DNA from: Nitrosopumilus maritimus SCM1
GTDB taxonomy: Archaea; Thermoproteota; Nitrososphaeria; Nitrososphaerales; Nitrosopumilaceae
DNA length: 32,000 nt
Assembly (NCBI RefSeq): GCF_000018465.1
Contig: NC_010085.1
Span: 540,001 to 572,000 of the forward strand
Reading direction: 5' to 3'
The notes under the pieces are model-generated. The model did no database searches, was not told the DNA's origin, and was given only the letters and a program-made list of their open reading frames with translations. Of this stretch, positions 1-8,172 are shown one piece after another (position 1 is the stretch's first letter; each line of letters opens with the position of its first letter). The translations under genes were made by a program, and so were the position numbers.

Positions 1-115
1 AAATATACAATTCACCCAAAACCTTGATGAACTCAGCCCTGAACAATTAGAATGGCATAAGTTAGTTTATCAAGAAAATTTGGAATGGGAATATGAACAA
101 GAACCCACTTCGTAA
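1..115 (+). CDS. C-terminal fragment of a hypothetical protein truncated by the window start
   Basis: Open frame from base 2: NIQFTQNLDELSPEQLEWHKLVYQENLEWEYEQEPTS then TAA at 113-115. No family recognised. Confidence 0.5.
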   Translation, partial: NIQFTQNLDELSPEQLEWHKLVYQENLEWEYEQEPTS

Positions 116-146
116 TTTTTACAATTACTGATTTTATGAAAGTAGC

Positions 147-1508
147 CTAAACTTTGACTCTGATTTTGCCTGTCAAAAGTTTCTGCATTAGTCCTTTTTT
201 GAGAGATTCTAGAGATTTCTTTTTTAATTCAAGATTTGATATGTTAGAATCAACATCAGAAAGTACTGAAATGATTTTTTCTTGTTCTTCTATTGAAGAT
301 ATGTATGGAATTAACAGATTTTGTTGATTTGTTATTCCTATGTAATCTCGTGTAGATTGTTTTGCTAACGATTTTAGTTGTTTTTGAAAATCAAAACTTT
401 GAAAAATATAATATAGAAATTTAGGAATAATTTTACTGGATAATCGATAGTAAGTTGTTTGAGGTGAAAGAATAATTCTATCAAATTTATTTCCAACAAC
501 TGCCACATTTCCAACACTTCCTTTATGAGACAGTAAAACATCTTTTTGTTTGGCAAATCCGATTCTTAGTATTTTTAGAAATTTTTCAGGTAGGAATTTA
601 CATAAATCATAGTTAATGTTATCGTTCATCAAACAATCTGCTGTAACAAACGGAATTCCTTTTTGAATAAAATCTAAAGATTTAGGATGTAATTCTCCAT
701 GATTTCCATCTTGAATTTCTAGAATTCTCTTTTCATCAACTAATTTTTTGATTTTCACATATTCCCAAGAATCAGGAATTTCAAAATAATTTCCAAATCT
801 GTCGAATACTTTCTTAAATTTCTTATGTTTGATTCCTTTTGTTAGGAGTTGCTGTAGTAAGCCAATCTTGAGATGTTTTGTTTGATCTATGATTTTCTCA
901 TATGAATAGATTAGATTATCAACATTAGACAATATGGAAAGAATTTTTTGTTGTTCAGAAATTTTTGGAGTTTTGATTAACAGATTTTTGATAATTCCGG
1001 TATTCAATCCTCCCATAACCAACCCCCTTGATTCTTTAATTATCTGACGATAAACAAAATTTGATTTCAAAAAATAATACAAGAACTTAGGAAGAAGTTT
1101 CTCGTGATCTAGAGAAATTTTTAAAAGATGGGATGAAATAATTGCTCTTCCTATATCTTCAGGGACAATTGCTGTTTTCCCTAATGTTCCCATCATTGTA
1201 ATTAGAACATCGTTTGGTTTTACAGTAAATCCTTTTAGTTTCTCATATTTTTCTTCAGTAATGAATTTTTGATATTTCCAAGTAAACTTATCATTCACAA
1301 TATTTTCAATCCAAAGTGTTTTAATTTTTCCAGAATTCAATAATTCATGAGTCTTTAAACTACTTCCAAAAGGTCCCATCCGAATTGATGATTTTTCATT
1401 TTTTGGAGTCAATTTGTCCAAAATTACATAATTCCAATCTTCAGGAATTTCTTCGTATTTTCCAAAAAGTGACTTTACTAGTTTGTATCCTGGTTTTACT
1501 TTTGCCAA
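147..1508 (-). CDS. hsdS: Type I restriction-modification specificity subunit HsdS (copy 1)
   Basis: 453 aa with two TRD/coiled-coil half repeats (LKIGLLQQLLTKG..., LKKGLMQKLLTGKIRVKV) and IPxxW TRD starts (EIPEDWNYV, EIPDSWEYV). Starts with TTG 1 nt after the hsdM stop. Confidence 0.95.
   Translation of the reverse strand: MAKVKPGYKLVKSLFGKYEEIPEDWNYVILDKLTPKNEKSSIRMGPFGSSLKTHELLNSGKIKTLWIENIVNDKFTWKYQKFITEEKYEKLKGFTVKPNDVLITMMGTLGKTAIVPEDIGRAIISSHLLKISLDHEKLLPKFLYYFLKSNFVYRQIIKESRGLVMGGLNTGIIKNLLIKTPKISEQQKILSILSNVDNLIYSYEKIIDQTKHLKIGLLQQLLTKGIKHKKFKKVFDRFGNYFEIPDSWEYVKIKKLVDEKRILEIQDGNHGELHPKSLDFIQKGIPFVTADCLMNDNINYDLCKFLPEKFLKILRIGFAKQKDVLLSHKGSVGNVAVVGNKFDRIILSPQTTYYRLSSKIIPKFLYYIFQSFDFQKQLKSLAKQSTRDYIGITNQQNLLIPYISSIEEQEKIISVLSDVDSNISNLELKKKSLESLKKGLMQKLLTGKIRVKV
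1458..1496. repeat. Left arm of a 39-bp perfect inverted repeat
   Basis: The reverse complement of this segment is aaaccaggatacaaactagtaaagtcactttttggaaaa, identical to 3160..3198. It lies inside the 5' end of hsdS copy 1. Confidence 0.93.
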
Positions 1509-1509
1509 T

Positions 1510-3081
1510 CTAGACCTTGAATCCTAATTCCTTTAGATCTTGTTTGACTTTTAGTTCAAGCTCGTCTCTTTCCTTGTCCAGTTTCTTGAGTTCATCTATT
1601 GTTGCCTGAATGTCTATGATTTTTTCTTCTTCTGAAATATCCACATATCTAGGAACGTTGAGGTTGAACTCATTTTCTCTGATTTCATCGAGTTCTGCAA
1701 CATGACAATACTTATCCTCATCTTTGAATGCCTTGAATGCCTTAACAATATGTTCGATGTCTTTGTCTCTTAACTTGTTTCTTACTTTTCCTTCTTGAAA
1801 TTCATTAGCTGCATAAATGAACAAAATTTTGTTTTTTCTTTCCTTTGGTTTGTTTTTGTTTAAGATTAAGACACATGCTGGAATTCCTGTTCCATAGAAT
1901 AATGCAACAGGTAATGCAATTATTGCCTCTATCATATCTCCTTGCAAGTTTTCATCCTTGTTTCCTGCAATCATATTTTCTCTGATTTTTTGCTCAGAAC
2001 TACCTCTGAAGAGAACCCCCTGTGAACAAACAATTGCAGCCTTTCCATTTTCATTTAAACTAGATAGCATGTGAAGGATAAATGCAAAATCTGCTTTGTC
2101 TTTGGCAGGGGCGATTCCGTACTTGAATCGTCCATATCCATCATTTTCTTTTCCAGATGCTTCCCAATTTTCACTAAATGGAAAATTTGCTAAAACTCTA
2201 TCATACTCGATTAACTTTCCATCTTTAACAAATTTTGGAGACTCTAGGACATCACCCCACTCTATAGAAAATGACGGAACCCCATGAATAACCATGTTCA
2301 TTTTGCACATGTTTACTGTATCGATATTACTATCCTGCCCGTGCAGTGTGAGATTTTTTAATAATTCTTCGATTTCTTTACTTGATTTTTTTTCTTTTTT
2401 TAGAGATTTTTCCACATATTGTCTTGAGTGTATTAACATGCCCCCTGAACCACAAGTAGGATCATTTATCCTGTAATCGTATTTTGGCTCCATTAACTCT
2501 ACAAGTAATTGTACTACTTTTCTTGGGGTGTAGAATTGACCTCCCTTCTTTTTTGTCTCACTTGCAAACATTTCCAAAAGCTGTTCATATGCATCCCCAA
2601 AGATATCCTCATTTTCTAAATCTGAATTTCTAAGACGAAAGTATCCTTCATCTGTTGTACTGAAATGATCAATTAATTTTACTAGAGCAGTATCTGGATA
2701 TTTCTCTTTGATGTTAAATTCTGACACCATCATGGTGCCTCCTAATTTTTTCTGATTCGCATCTTCTATTTTTTTACAAATTTCTATAATTTTTGACCCA
2801 ACATCTTCAGAAACATTTTGTAATTTGTTCCATCTGGTGTCTTCTGGCAAGTAAAATATTGGATGCCTTCTTTTGTTTTCTGCTTCTTTCTTTGAGAGCC
2901 CTTCATCTTTCATCAGTTTTTCAACATTTTCTTCAAAAATATCATTCAGTCTTTTTAGAAACAATAATGTAAGTACCGGTTTTCTGTTTTCACTTGCATC
3001 TAGATGCTTTCGTAAAATGTCTGCTGCATCAAAAAGACGTTGTTCTAATTGTTCAAAAGTAAGTTTCTGATCTGACAACAA
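1510..3081 (-). CDS. hsdM: Type I restriction-modification methyltransferase subunit HsdM
   Basis: 523 aa; HsdM N-terminal helical domain, FYTPRKVVQLLVELM, motif I DPTCGSGGML, motif IV variant NFPF. The TTG start is uncertain. Confidence 0.96.
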   Translation of the reverse strand: MLSDQKLTFEQLEQRLFDAADILRKHLDASENRKPVLTLLFLKRLNDIFEENVEKLMKDEGLSKKEAENKRRHPIFYLPEDTRWNKLQNVSEDVGSKIIEICKKIEDANQKKLGGTMMVSEFNIKEKYPDTALVKLIDHFSTTDEGYFRLRNSDLENEDIFGDAYEQLLEMFASETKKKGGQFYTPRKVVQLLVELMEPKYDYRINDPTCGSGGMLIHSRQYVEKSLKKEKKSSKEIEELLKNLTLHGQDSNIDTVNMCKMNMVIHGVPSFSIEWGDVLESPKFVKDGKLIEYDRVLANFPFSENWEASGKENDGYGRFKYGIAPAKDKADFAFILHMLSSLNENGKAAIVCSQGVLFRGSSEQKIRENMIAGNKDENLQGDMIEAIIALPVALFYGTGIPACVLILNKNKPKERKNKILFIYAANEFQEGKVRNKLRDKDIEHIVKAFKAFKDEDKYCHVAELDEIRENEFNLNVPRYVDISEEEKIIDIQATIDELKKLDKERDELELKVKQDLKELGFKV

Positions 3082-3091
3082 TAAGTCCAGT

Positions 3092-3104
3092 TATGAGTCT
3101 CATA
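3092..3104. promoter_or_regulatory. Short palindrome tatgagtctcata in the divergent hsdM / hsdS2 intergenic region
   Basis: 6-bp arms TATGAG/CTCATA around one base, 10 bp upstream of the hsdM start. A regulatory role is inferred. Confidence 0.3.
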
Positions 3105-3153
3105 TAGCATTTTTTGTAAAACGGCTTAATACGCAGCAAATTCTCATGAATCT

Positions 3154-4470
3154 ATGCCTAAACCAGGATACAAACTAGTAAAGTCACTTTTTGGAAAAGA
3201 AATAGAAATTCCTGAAACATGGAAAATTTGTAATCTGGGAGATCTTTTAACAAAAATACAAGATGGGAATTATGGTGAAAGTTATCCCAAAGAATCAGAA
3301 TTTTTGGATTCTGGAATTCCTTTCATTAGGGGAACTGAAATTACCAAAAATTTCATAGATGGTAAAAAAGTGAAATATATTTCAAAAACTAAACATGACG
3401 AACTACAAAAAGCTCACATAGAAACTGGAGATGTACTTTTTTTGAATCGTGGAGGAATAACTAGAACTGTTGCAATAGTGCCTCCAAAATATGATGATGC
3501 AAACATAGGACCACAACTAACATTACTTCGCTGTAATACAAAGATCATTCACAACAAATACTTGTATTATTTTATTCAAGGGGAAAATTTTAAAAAACAA
3601 GTAATTAGTAGTGATGCAGGTACTGCATTACAATTTTTTGGAATTGAAAAAACTAAAAAATTTAAGATTACTTTACCTGAAATTAGAGAACAACAGAAAA
3701 TTGTATCAGTATTAAATTCTATAGATAACCTGCTTTCTTCATACGATAAAACAATACAAACAACCCAGAAATTGAAAAAAGGCTTGATGCAGAAATTACT
3801 AACAAAAGGAATAGATCACAAAAAATTCAAGAAAGTTCCATGGTTATTTGGAAAAGAGATAGAGATTCCTGAAGAATGGGAAATTAAGAAAATTGAAGAT
3901 TTATTCAAATTAAAATCTGGTAGCACCCCATCTAGGAAAATTCCAGAATATTTTGCTGGAAATATTCCTTGGATAACAAGTACGGATCTTAATCGTTCCA
4001 AAATTACTTCTACGTTAGAAAAAATTACTCCTGAAGCAGTAAAACAAACAAATCTGAAATTACTTCCTAAAGGGACATTTTTGATTGCGACATACGGATT
4101 AGAGGCAGCTGGAACTAGAGGAAAATGTGGAATTACTAAAATGGAATCTACTTGTAATCAAGCATGTATGGCATTTTTACCTTCATCTGAAATTACATCT
4201 GAATTTTTATTTTACTTTTATCTGTACTTTGGAGAAAAAATCATTTTCAGTATTGCACAAGGAACAAAACAACAAAATCTCTATTCGGATACTCTCAAAA
4301 AAGTTTCCATGTTTGTTCCCCCACAAAAAGAACAAAAGAGAATTGTAAATTTTCTTGATCAAATTGATTCTCATCTCTTTGAACTAGAATCAAAAAAAAC
4401 TGGACTAGACAAAATCAAGAAAGGTTTGATACAAAAACTCTTGACCAGTAAAATCAGAGTCAAATTTTAA
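3154..4470 (+). CDS. hsdS: Type I restriction-modification specificity subunit HsdS (copy 2)
   Basis: 438 aa; same N-terminus as copy 1 (KPGYKLVKSLFGK) with different TRDs; conserved spacers LKKGLMQKLLTKGIDHKKFKKV and IKKGLIQKLLTSKIRVKF. Confidence 0.95.
   Translation: MPKPGYKLVKSLFGKEIEIPETWKICNLGDLLTKIQDGNYGESYPKESEFLDSGIPFIRGTEITKNFIDGKKVKYISKTKHDELQKAHIETGDVLFLNRGGITRTVAIVPPKYDDANIGPQLTLLRCNTKIIHNKYLYYFIQGENFKKQVISSDAGTALQFFGIEKTKKFKITLPEIREQQKIVSVLNSIDNLLSSYDKTIQTTQKLKKGLMQKLLTKGIDHKKFKKVPWLFGKEIEIPEEWEIKKIEDLFKLKSGSTPSRKIPEYFAGNIPWITSTDLNRSKITSTLEKITPEAVKQTNLKLLPKGTFLIATYGLEAAGTRGKCGITKMESTCNQACMAFLPSSEITSEFLFYFYLYFGEKIIFSIAQGTKQQNLYSDTLKKVSMFVPPQKEQKRIVNFLDQIDSHLFELESKKTGLDKIKKGLIQKLLTSKIRVKF
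3160..3198. repeat. Right arm of a 39-bp perfect inverted repeat
   Basis: aaaccaggatacaaactagtaaagtcactttttggaaaa, the exact reverse complement of 1458..1496. It lies inside the 5' end of hsdS copy 2, in the same reading frame. Confidence 0.93.
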
Positions 4471-4536
4471 GTAATTTTCCTCCATGTGTTGTCTGCGGCA
4501 TTTTTTTATCCTAGACAATATGTAACGTATTAAATT

Positions 4537-7500
4537 ATGAATTTTAGAATAGAGGATAATGAGGAAGGGCGACAAGTTGAACTTCCTGCATTAGAGCTAA
4601 TCACTGCATTAGGCTACACATACATTCCAAATTATGAGCTAAACATTCCTAAAGAAAGGCCTGATCACAGGCAAGTACTGCTATATCCTAGGCTCAGGGC
4701 TGCAATAAAACGACTAAACGACTTTGATGATGATGGAATAGAACAGGCAATCGCCCAGATTCATGAAGACAACTTTCCAATTGGAATGCCGATGATTGAT
4801 GCAAATGAAAAAATTCGAATCAAACTAACCGGTCGTGCAGGAGAAAACGCAATTGCACAACCCATCACCATAAAACAGTATGGAAAGAAAGGAATTGAAT
4901 ATCCTACTGTAAAATTCTTTGATTTTGATCCTAAAAAAATTGGAACTAAAGAAGACAAAAACGAGTATCTTGTCACCAACCAATTCAAACATCTTGGCAA
5001 TCGAACTGAAATTGAATGCGACATTGTTATTTTTGTAAATGGTATTCCCCTAGTCCTAATTGAATGCAAAAAACCAACAACTATTGATCTTATGAAGACA
5101 GTATGGAAAGAAAATCTGGAAAAATATCAAAGAGATGGCTCTCACAGTTTGGGTCATGAAAAATTATTTTTCTTTAATCACGTAATCATGGCAACTAGCG
5201 CTATTCAAGCAAGATATGGAACATTAAAGGCACTGCCAAACAAGTATGCAAAATGGACTAGTCTTACAAACATCACGACAAAGGAACTAGAAAAGTTGGT
5301 TGGAAGAAAACCCACACCACAAGACATTATGCTTGCTGGAATGATAAAAAAAGAAACACTGCTTGATATGCTCAAAAATTTTGTTCTGTATGAAATTGAA
5401 GAACATAAAAAAATAAAAAAAGTTGCAAAACATCAACAATACCGTGTAGTTACAAAGTCTGTAGACAGAATAAGTCATCATAAAAAAGTAGAAGACAAGG
5501 GTGGTGTCATTTGGCACACTCAGGGTTCAGGAAAATCTCTTTCAATGGTATGGTTTGCAACTCAACTCTATTACAAATTCAGCAGACCGACAATCATGGT
5601 AATTACTGATAGGAGGCAACTTAACAAGCAGATTTTTGACACCTTTAGAAATTGTGGATTCCCAGAGCCTGAAAAACCACGAAATCGAAGTCAATTAGCA
5701 AAAACCCTTCAGTATTCAAAGGGAAAAACAATCATGGTAAACCTCCAAAAATTTGACAAACCTGAAAAATTTGTAGAGACAAAAGAAAAGATCTATGTAC
5801 TTGTAGATGAGGCACACCGGTCTCAATACAAGTGGACTGCTGGTTATATGCGTAAGGCCATGCCTAACGCTGTATTTTTTGCATTTACTGGTACTCCTCT
5901 CGATAGAGAAAATAAAAACACATACCGAAGATTTGGACCATTAATTGACAAGTATTCCTTTACAGAATCTAAAGAAGATGGCGCAACAGTCAAAGTAGAA
6001 CATATGGGATTGCTTCCAGAGATTGAAATTGAGGGTGGTAACTCACTTAACAATATTTTTGATAATTTATTTGGTCATTTACCAAAAGCCCAACAAGCGG
6101 AGATTAGAAGAAAATATGCAACAAAAAAGAAGATTGCATCATCTCCTGCAAGAATACGAAAGATTTGTGAAAAAATTGTAGATCATTACACAAAAAAGAT
6201 TCTTCCAAATGGATACAAGGCAATGATTGTTGCACCAACTAGAGCAGCAGCAGTAACATACAAACGAGAACTAGAAGATCTTACAAAACTTCCTGCCAGA
6301 ATTATTATGGATTCTAAAAAAGATGAAGTTGGTCCTGATGAATTCAGTTGGGCAGATTATTATCTTCCACAAAATGAAGCATTGAAAAAAGCAGAGGAAT
6401 TTACAAATCCTGATGATCCCACAAAATTTTTGATTGTTGTAGATATGTTGCTTGTTGGGTATGATGCACCAATTGTTCAAGTGATGTATCTTGATAGACC
6501 TCTACGAGAACATGCATTGCTTCAAGCAATAGCTCGAGTAAATAGAATTTATGATGAACACAAGGATAGGGGATTCATTATCGACTTTTGGGGAGTTACA
6601 AGAGACTTGCAAAATGCACTAAAGATGTTTGAAGAACAAGATGTTCAAGGTGCATTGGATAATGTTGATGATGATTTGTTAGAGTTAGACGTACGACACA
6701 AAGATTTCATGGAAAAAATCCAAGGAATAGATTCCAAAGATCATAACGAGATTGCAAAAAGATTCGAAGATGAAGATGAACAAGAGGAATTTGAATATGC
6801 GTTCAAGCGTTTTGCAAAGGCACTAGAAGCTGTTCTTCCAGACAAAGAAGCAGTCCCCTATGAAAAAGACTTGAAGAAAGGGTATGAGATTAGGGGTAAA
6901 ATCCGTGCCTGGTTTTATGGTGACAGGGCTGATCTAAGCGAATATGGCAAGAAAGTACAAAAGATAATCGACAAGCATATTCGAGCTATAGGAATTTCAG
7001 AAATTTCTGGTTCCAAAGAAATTACATATGACAACTTTTTGGGATTTATTGCAAAATTCAAAGGCGATAACAGGGCAAAAGCAGCTCTGATAAAGAAAAG
7101 AGCAACACTCGTAATTCGTGAAATGAGTCCTGACAACCCTGCATTTTATCAAAAACTCAAAGAAAGACTGGAAAAATTAATCCAAGACGAAAAGGAACGA
7201 AGAGTAGATGATGCACAATACTTTGAAGGAATAAGGGATATCTTTGAAGAGGCACTATCTGGTCCTGAAAAATTACAAAAACAAACAGGAATCAAAGACC
7301 GATTTCAACTTGCCATTTACATGCTATTAGAAGAAAAACATTCAGATTTAAAACAAAACAAAAAATATTCTGAAGAGATATTCAAGAAAGTCAAAAAGGC
7401 TGCATCTGTAAAAGACTGGAGAGACAAGGAACCGCAAGAAAACGAAATTGAATTGGCTGTAATTGATACACTTGATAAAAAAATATTTGATGAAAAAACT

Positions 7501-7557
7501 CGAGACAAATTAGCTTCTGAAGTATACAAAATGGCAGTGAATAACAATGAATGGTAA
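4537..7557 (+). CDS. hsdR: Type I restriction endonuclease / translocase subunit HsdR
   Basis: 1006 aa; HSDR_N nuclease motif (ECDIVIFVNGIPLVLIECKKP), Walker A-type HTQGSGKS, DEAH box VLVDEAHRSQ, FTGTPL motif. Confidence 0.96.
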   Translation: MNFRIEDNEEGRQVELPALELITALGYTYIPNYELNIPKERPDHRQVLLYPRLRAAIKRLNDFDDDGIEQAIAQIHEDNFPIGMPMIDANEKIRIKLTGRAGENAIAQPITIKQYGKKGIEYPTVKFFDFDPKKIGTKEDKNEYLVTNQFKHLGNRTEIECDIVIFVNGIPLVLIECKKPTTIDLMKTVWKENLEKYQRDGSHSLGHEKLFFFNHVIMATSAIQARYGTLKALPNKYAKWTSLTNITTKELEKLVGRKPTPQDIMLAGMIKKETLLDMLKNFVLYEIEEHKKIKKVAKHQQYRVVTKSVDRISHHKKVEDKGGVIWHTQGSGKSLSMVWFATQLYYKFSRPTIMVITDRRQLNKQIFDTFRNCGFPEPEKPRNRSQLAKTLQYSKGKTIMVNLQKFDKPEKFVETKEKIYVLVDEAHRSQYKWTAGYMRKAMPNAVFFAFTGTPLDRENKNTYRRFGPLIDKYSFTESKEDGATVKVEHMGLLPEIEIEGGNSLNNIFDNLFGHLPKAQQAEIRRKYATKKKIASSPARIRKICEKIVDHYTKKILPNGYKAMIVAPTRAAAVTYKRELEDLTKLPARIIMDSKKDEVGPDEFSWADYYLPQNEALKKAEEFTNPDDPTKFLIVVDMLLVGYDAPIVQVMYLDRPLREHALLQAIARVNRIYDEHKDRGFIIDFWGVTRDLQNALKMFEEQDVQGALDNVDDDLLELDVRHKDFMEKIQGIDSKDHNEIAKRFEDEDEQEEFEYAFKRFAKALEAVLPDKEAVPYEKDLKKGYEIRGKIRAWFYGDRADLSEYGKKVQKIIDKHIRAIGISEISGSKEITYDNFLGFIAKFKGDNRAKAALIKKRATLVIREMSPDNPAFYQKLKERLEKLIQDEKERRVDDAQYFEGIRDIFEEALSGPEKLQKQTGIKDRFQLAIYMLLEEKHSDLKQNKKYSEEIFKKVKKAASVKDWRDKEPQENEIELAVIDTLDKKIFDEKTRDKLASEVYKMAVNNNEW

Positions 7558-8086
7558 GATTCGATATGGAAAAAAATCCATTGGTTATTCTATAGTTAAA
7601 AGTACGAGAAGAAAGACTTCGGAGATTCAAGTTGATGAGAAAAAAATAGTGTTGCGTGTTCCTAGTACCAAAACAAAAGACGAGATTAGAAATATCATGG
7701 AAGAAAAAAAACAATGGATCTTCAAAAGGCAACTGGAATTTGCTGACCATGAGAAAAGAAGACTCTCTACAAAACAAAAAACTCCTTTGTATATGCAAAA
7801 AAGAACATGGAAATTAGCCTCAAAAATAGGTGTAAAACCCTCAAAAGTGGTAGTAAAAAACCTGAAATCCAGATGGGGAAGTGCTGGGAAAAATGGAACC
7901 ATTACTTTGAATCGGGCGTTAACAAAAACTCCTCCTAGAATTATTGACTATGTGATCATTCATGAATTATGTCATTTGAAAATTCAAAATCATTCAAAGG
8001 CTTTCTGGAATTTGCTCTGTAGGTTTGACAAAAACTATGAATCAAAAATCAATTGGCTTGAGACCCACTCAAACCAGATCTTGTGA
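7547..8086 (+). CDS. YgjP-like (DUF45/WLM) zinc metallopeptidase
   Basis: 179 aa; LKSRWGSAGKNGTITLNRAL and IIHELCHLKIQNHSKAFW (HExxH with a downstream H). Overlaps the hsdR 3' end by 11 bp. Confidence 0.85.
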   Translation: MNGKIRYGKKSIGYSIVKSTRRKTSEIQVDEKKIVLRVPSTKTKDEIRNIMEEKKQWIFKRQLEFADHEKRRLSTKQKTPLYMQKRTWKLASKIGVKPSKVVVKNLKSRWGSAGKNGTITLNRALTKTPPRIIDYVIIHELCHLKIQNHSKAFWNLLCRFDKNYESKINWLETHSNQIL

Positions 8087-8140
8087 AAAATTATCCATCT
8101 TTTATCTGAAATGGACGTTTTTGATCGCATTTAACCCTCA

Positions 8141-8150
8141 GGTTTAAATA
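8141..8150 (+). promoter_or_regulatory. Probable archaeal TATA-like element
   Basis: ggtttaaata centred about 27 bp upstream of the GTG start at 8173, the spacing expected for a leaderless transcript. Confidence 0.4.
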
Positions 8151-8172
8151 TTAGTTTAAAGACTAAAATAGT

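Noticed and set aside
780-3860. Additional exact inverted repeats at the central spacer of the two hsdS genes as extra inversion sites
   Set aside because: Only about 14-15 bp identity remains, with mismatches around it. It is mentioned as weak support but is not called as a repeat feature.
374-8086. Short ORFs opposite hsdS, hsdM, hsdR and the YgjP-like gene (e.g. 2096..2287, 2294..2476, 2873..3070, 4761..5069, 5844..6053, 7391..7798, 7627..7902)
   Set aside because: All are antisense or out-of-frame shadows of long genes with strong family motifs, and show no recognisable domains.
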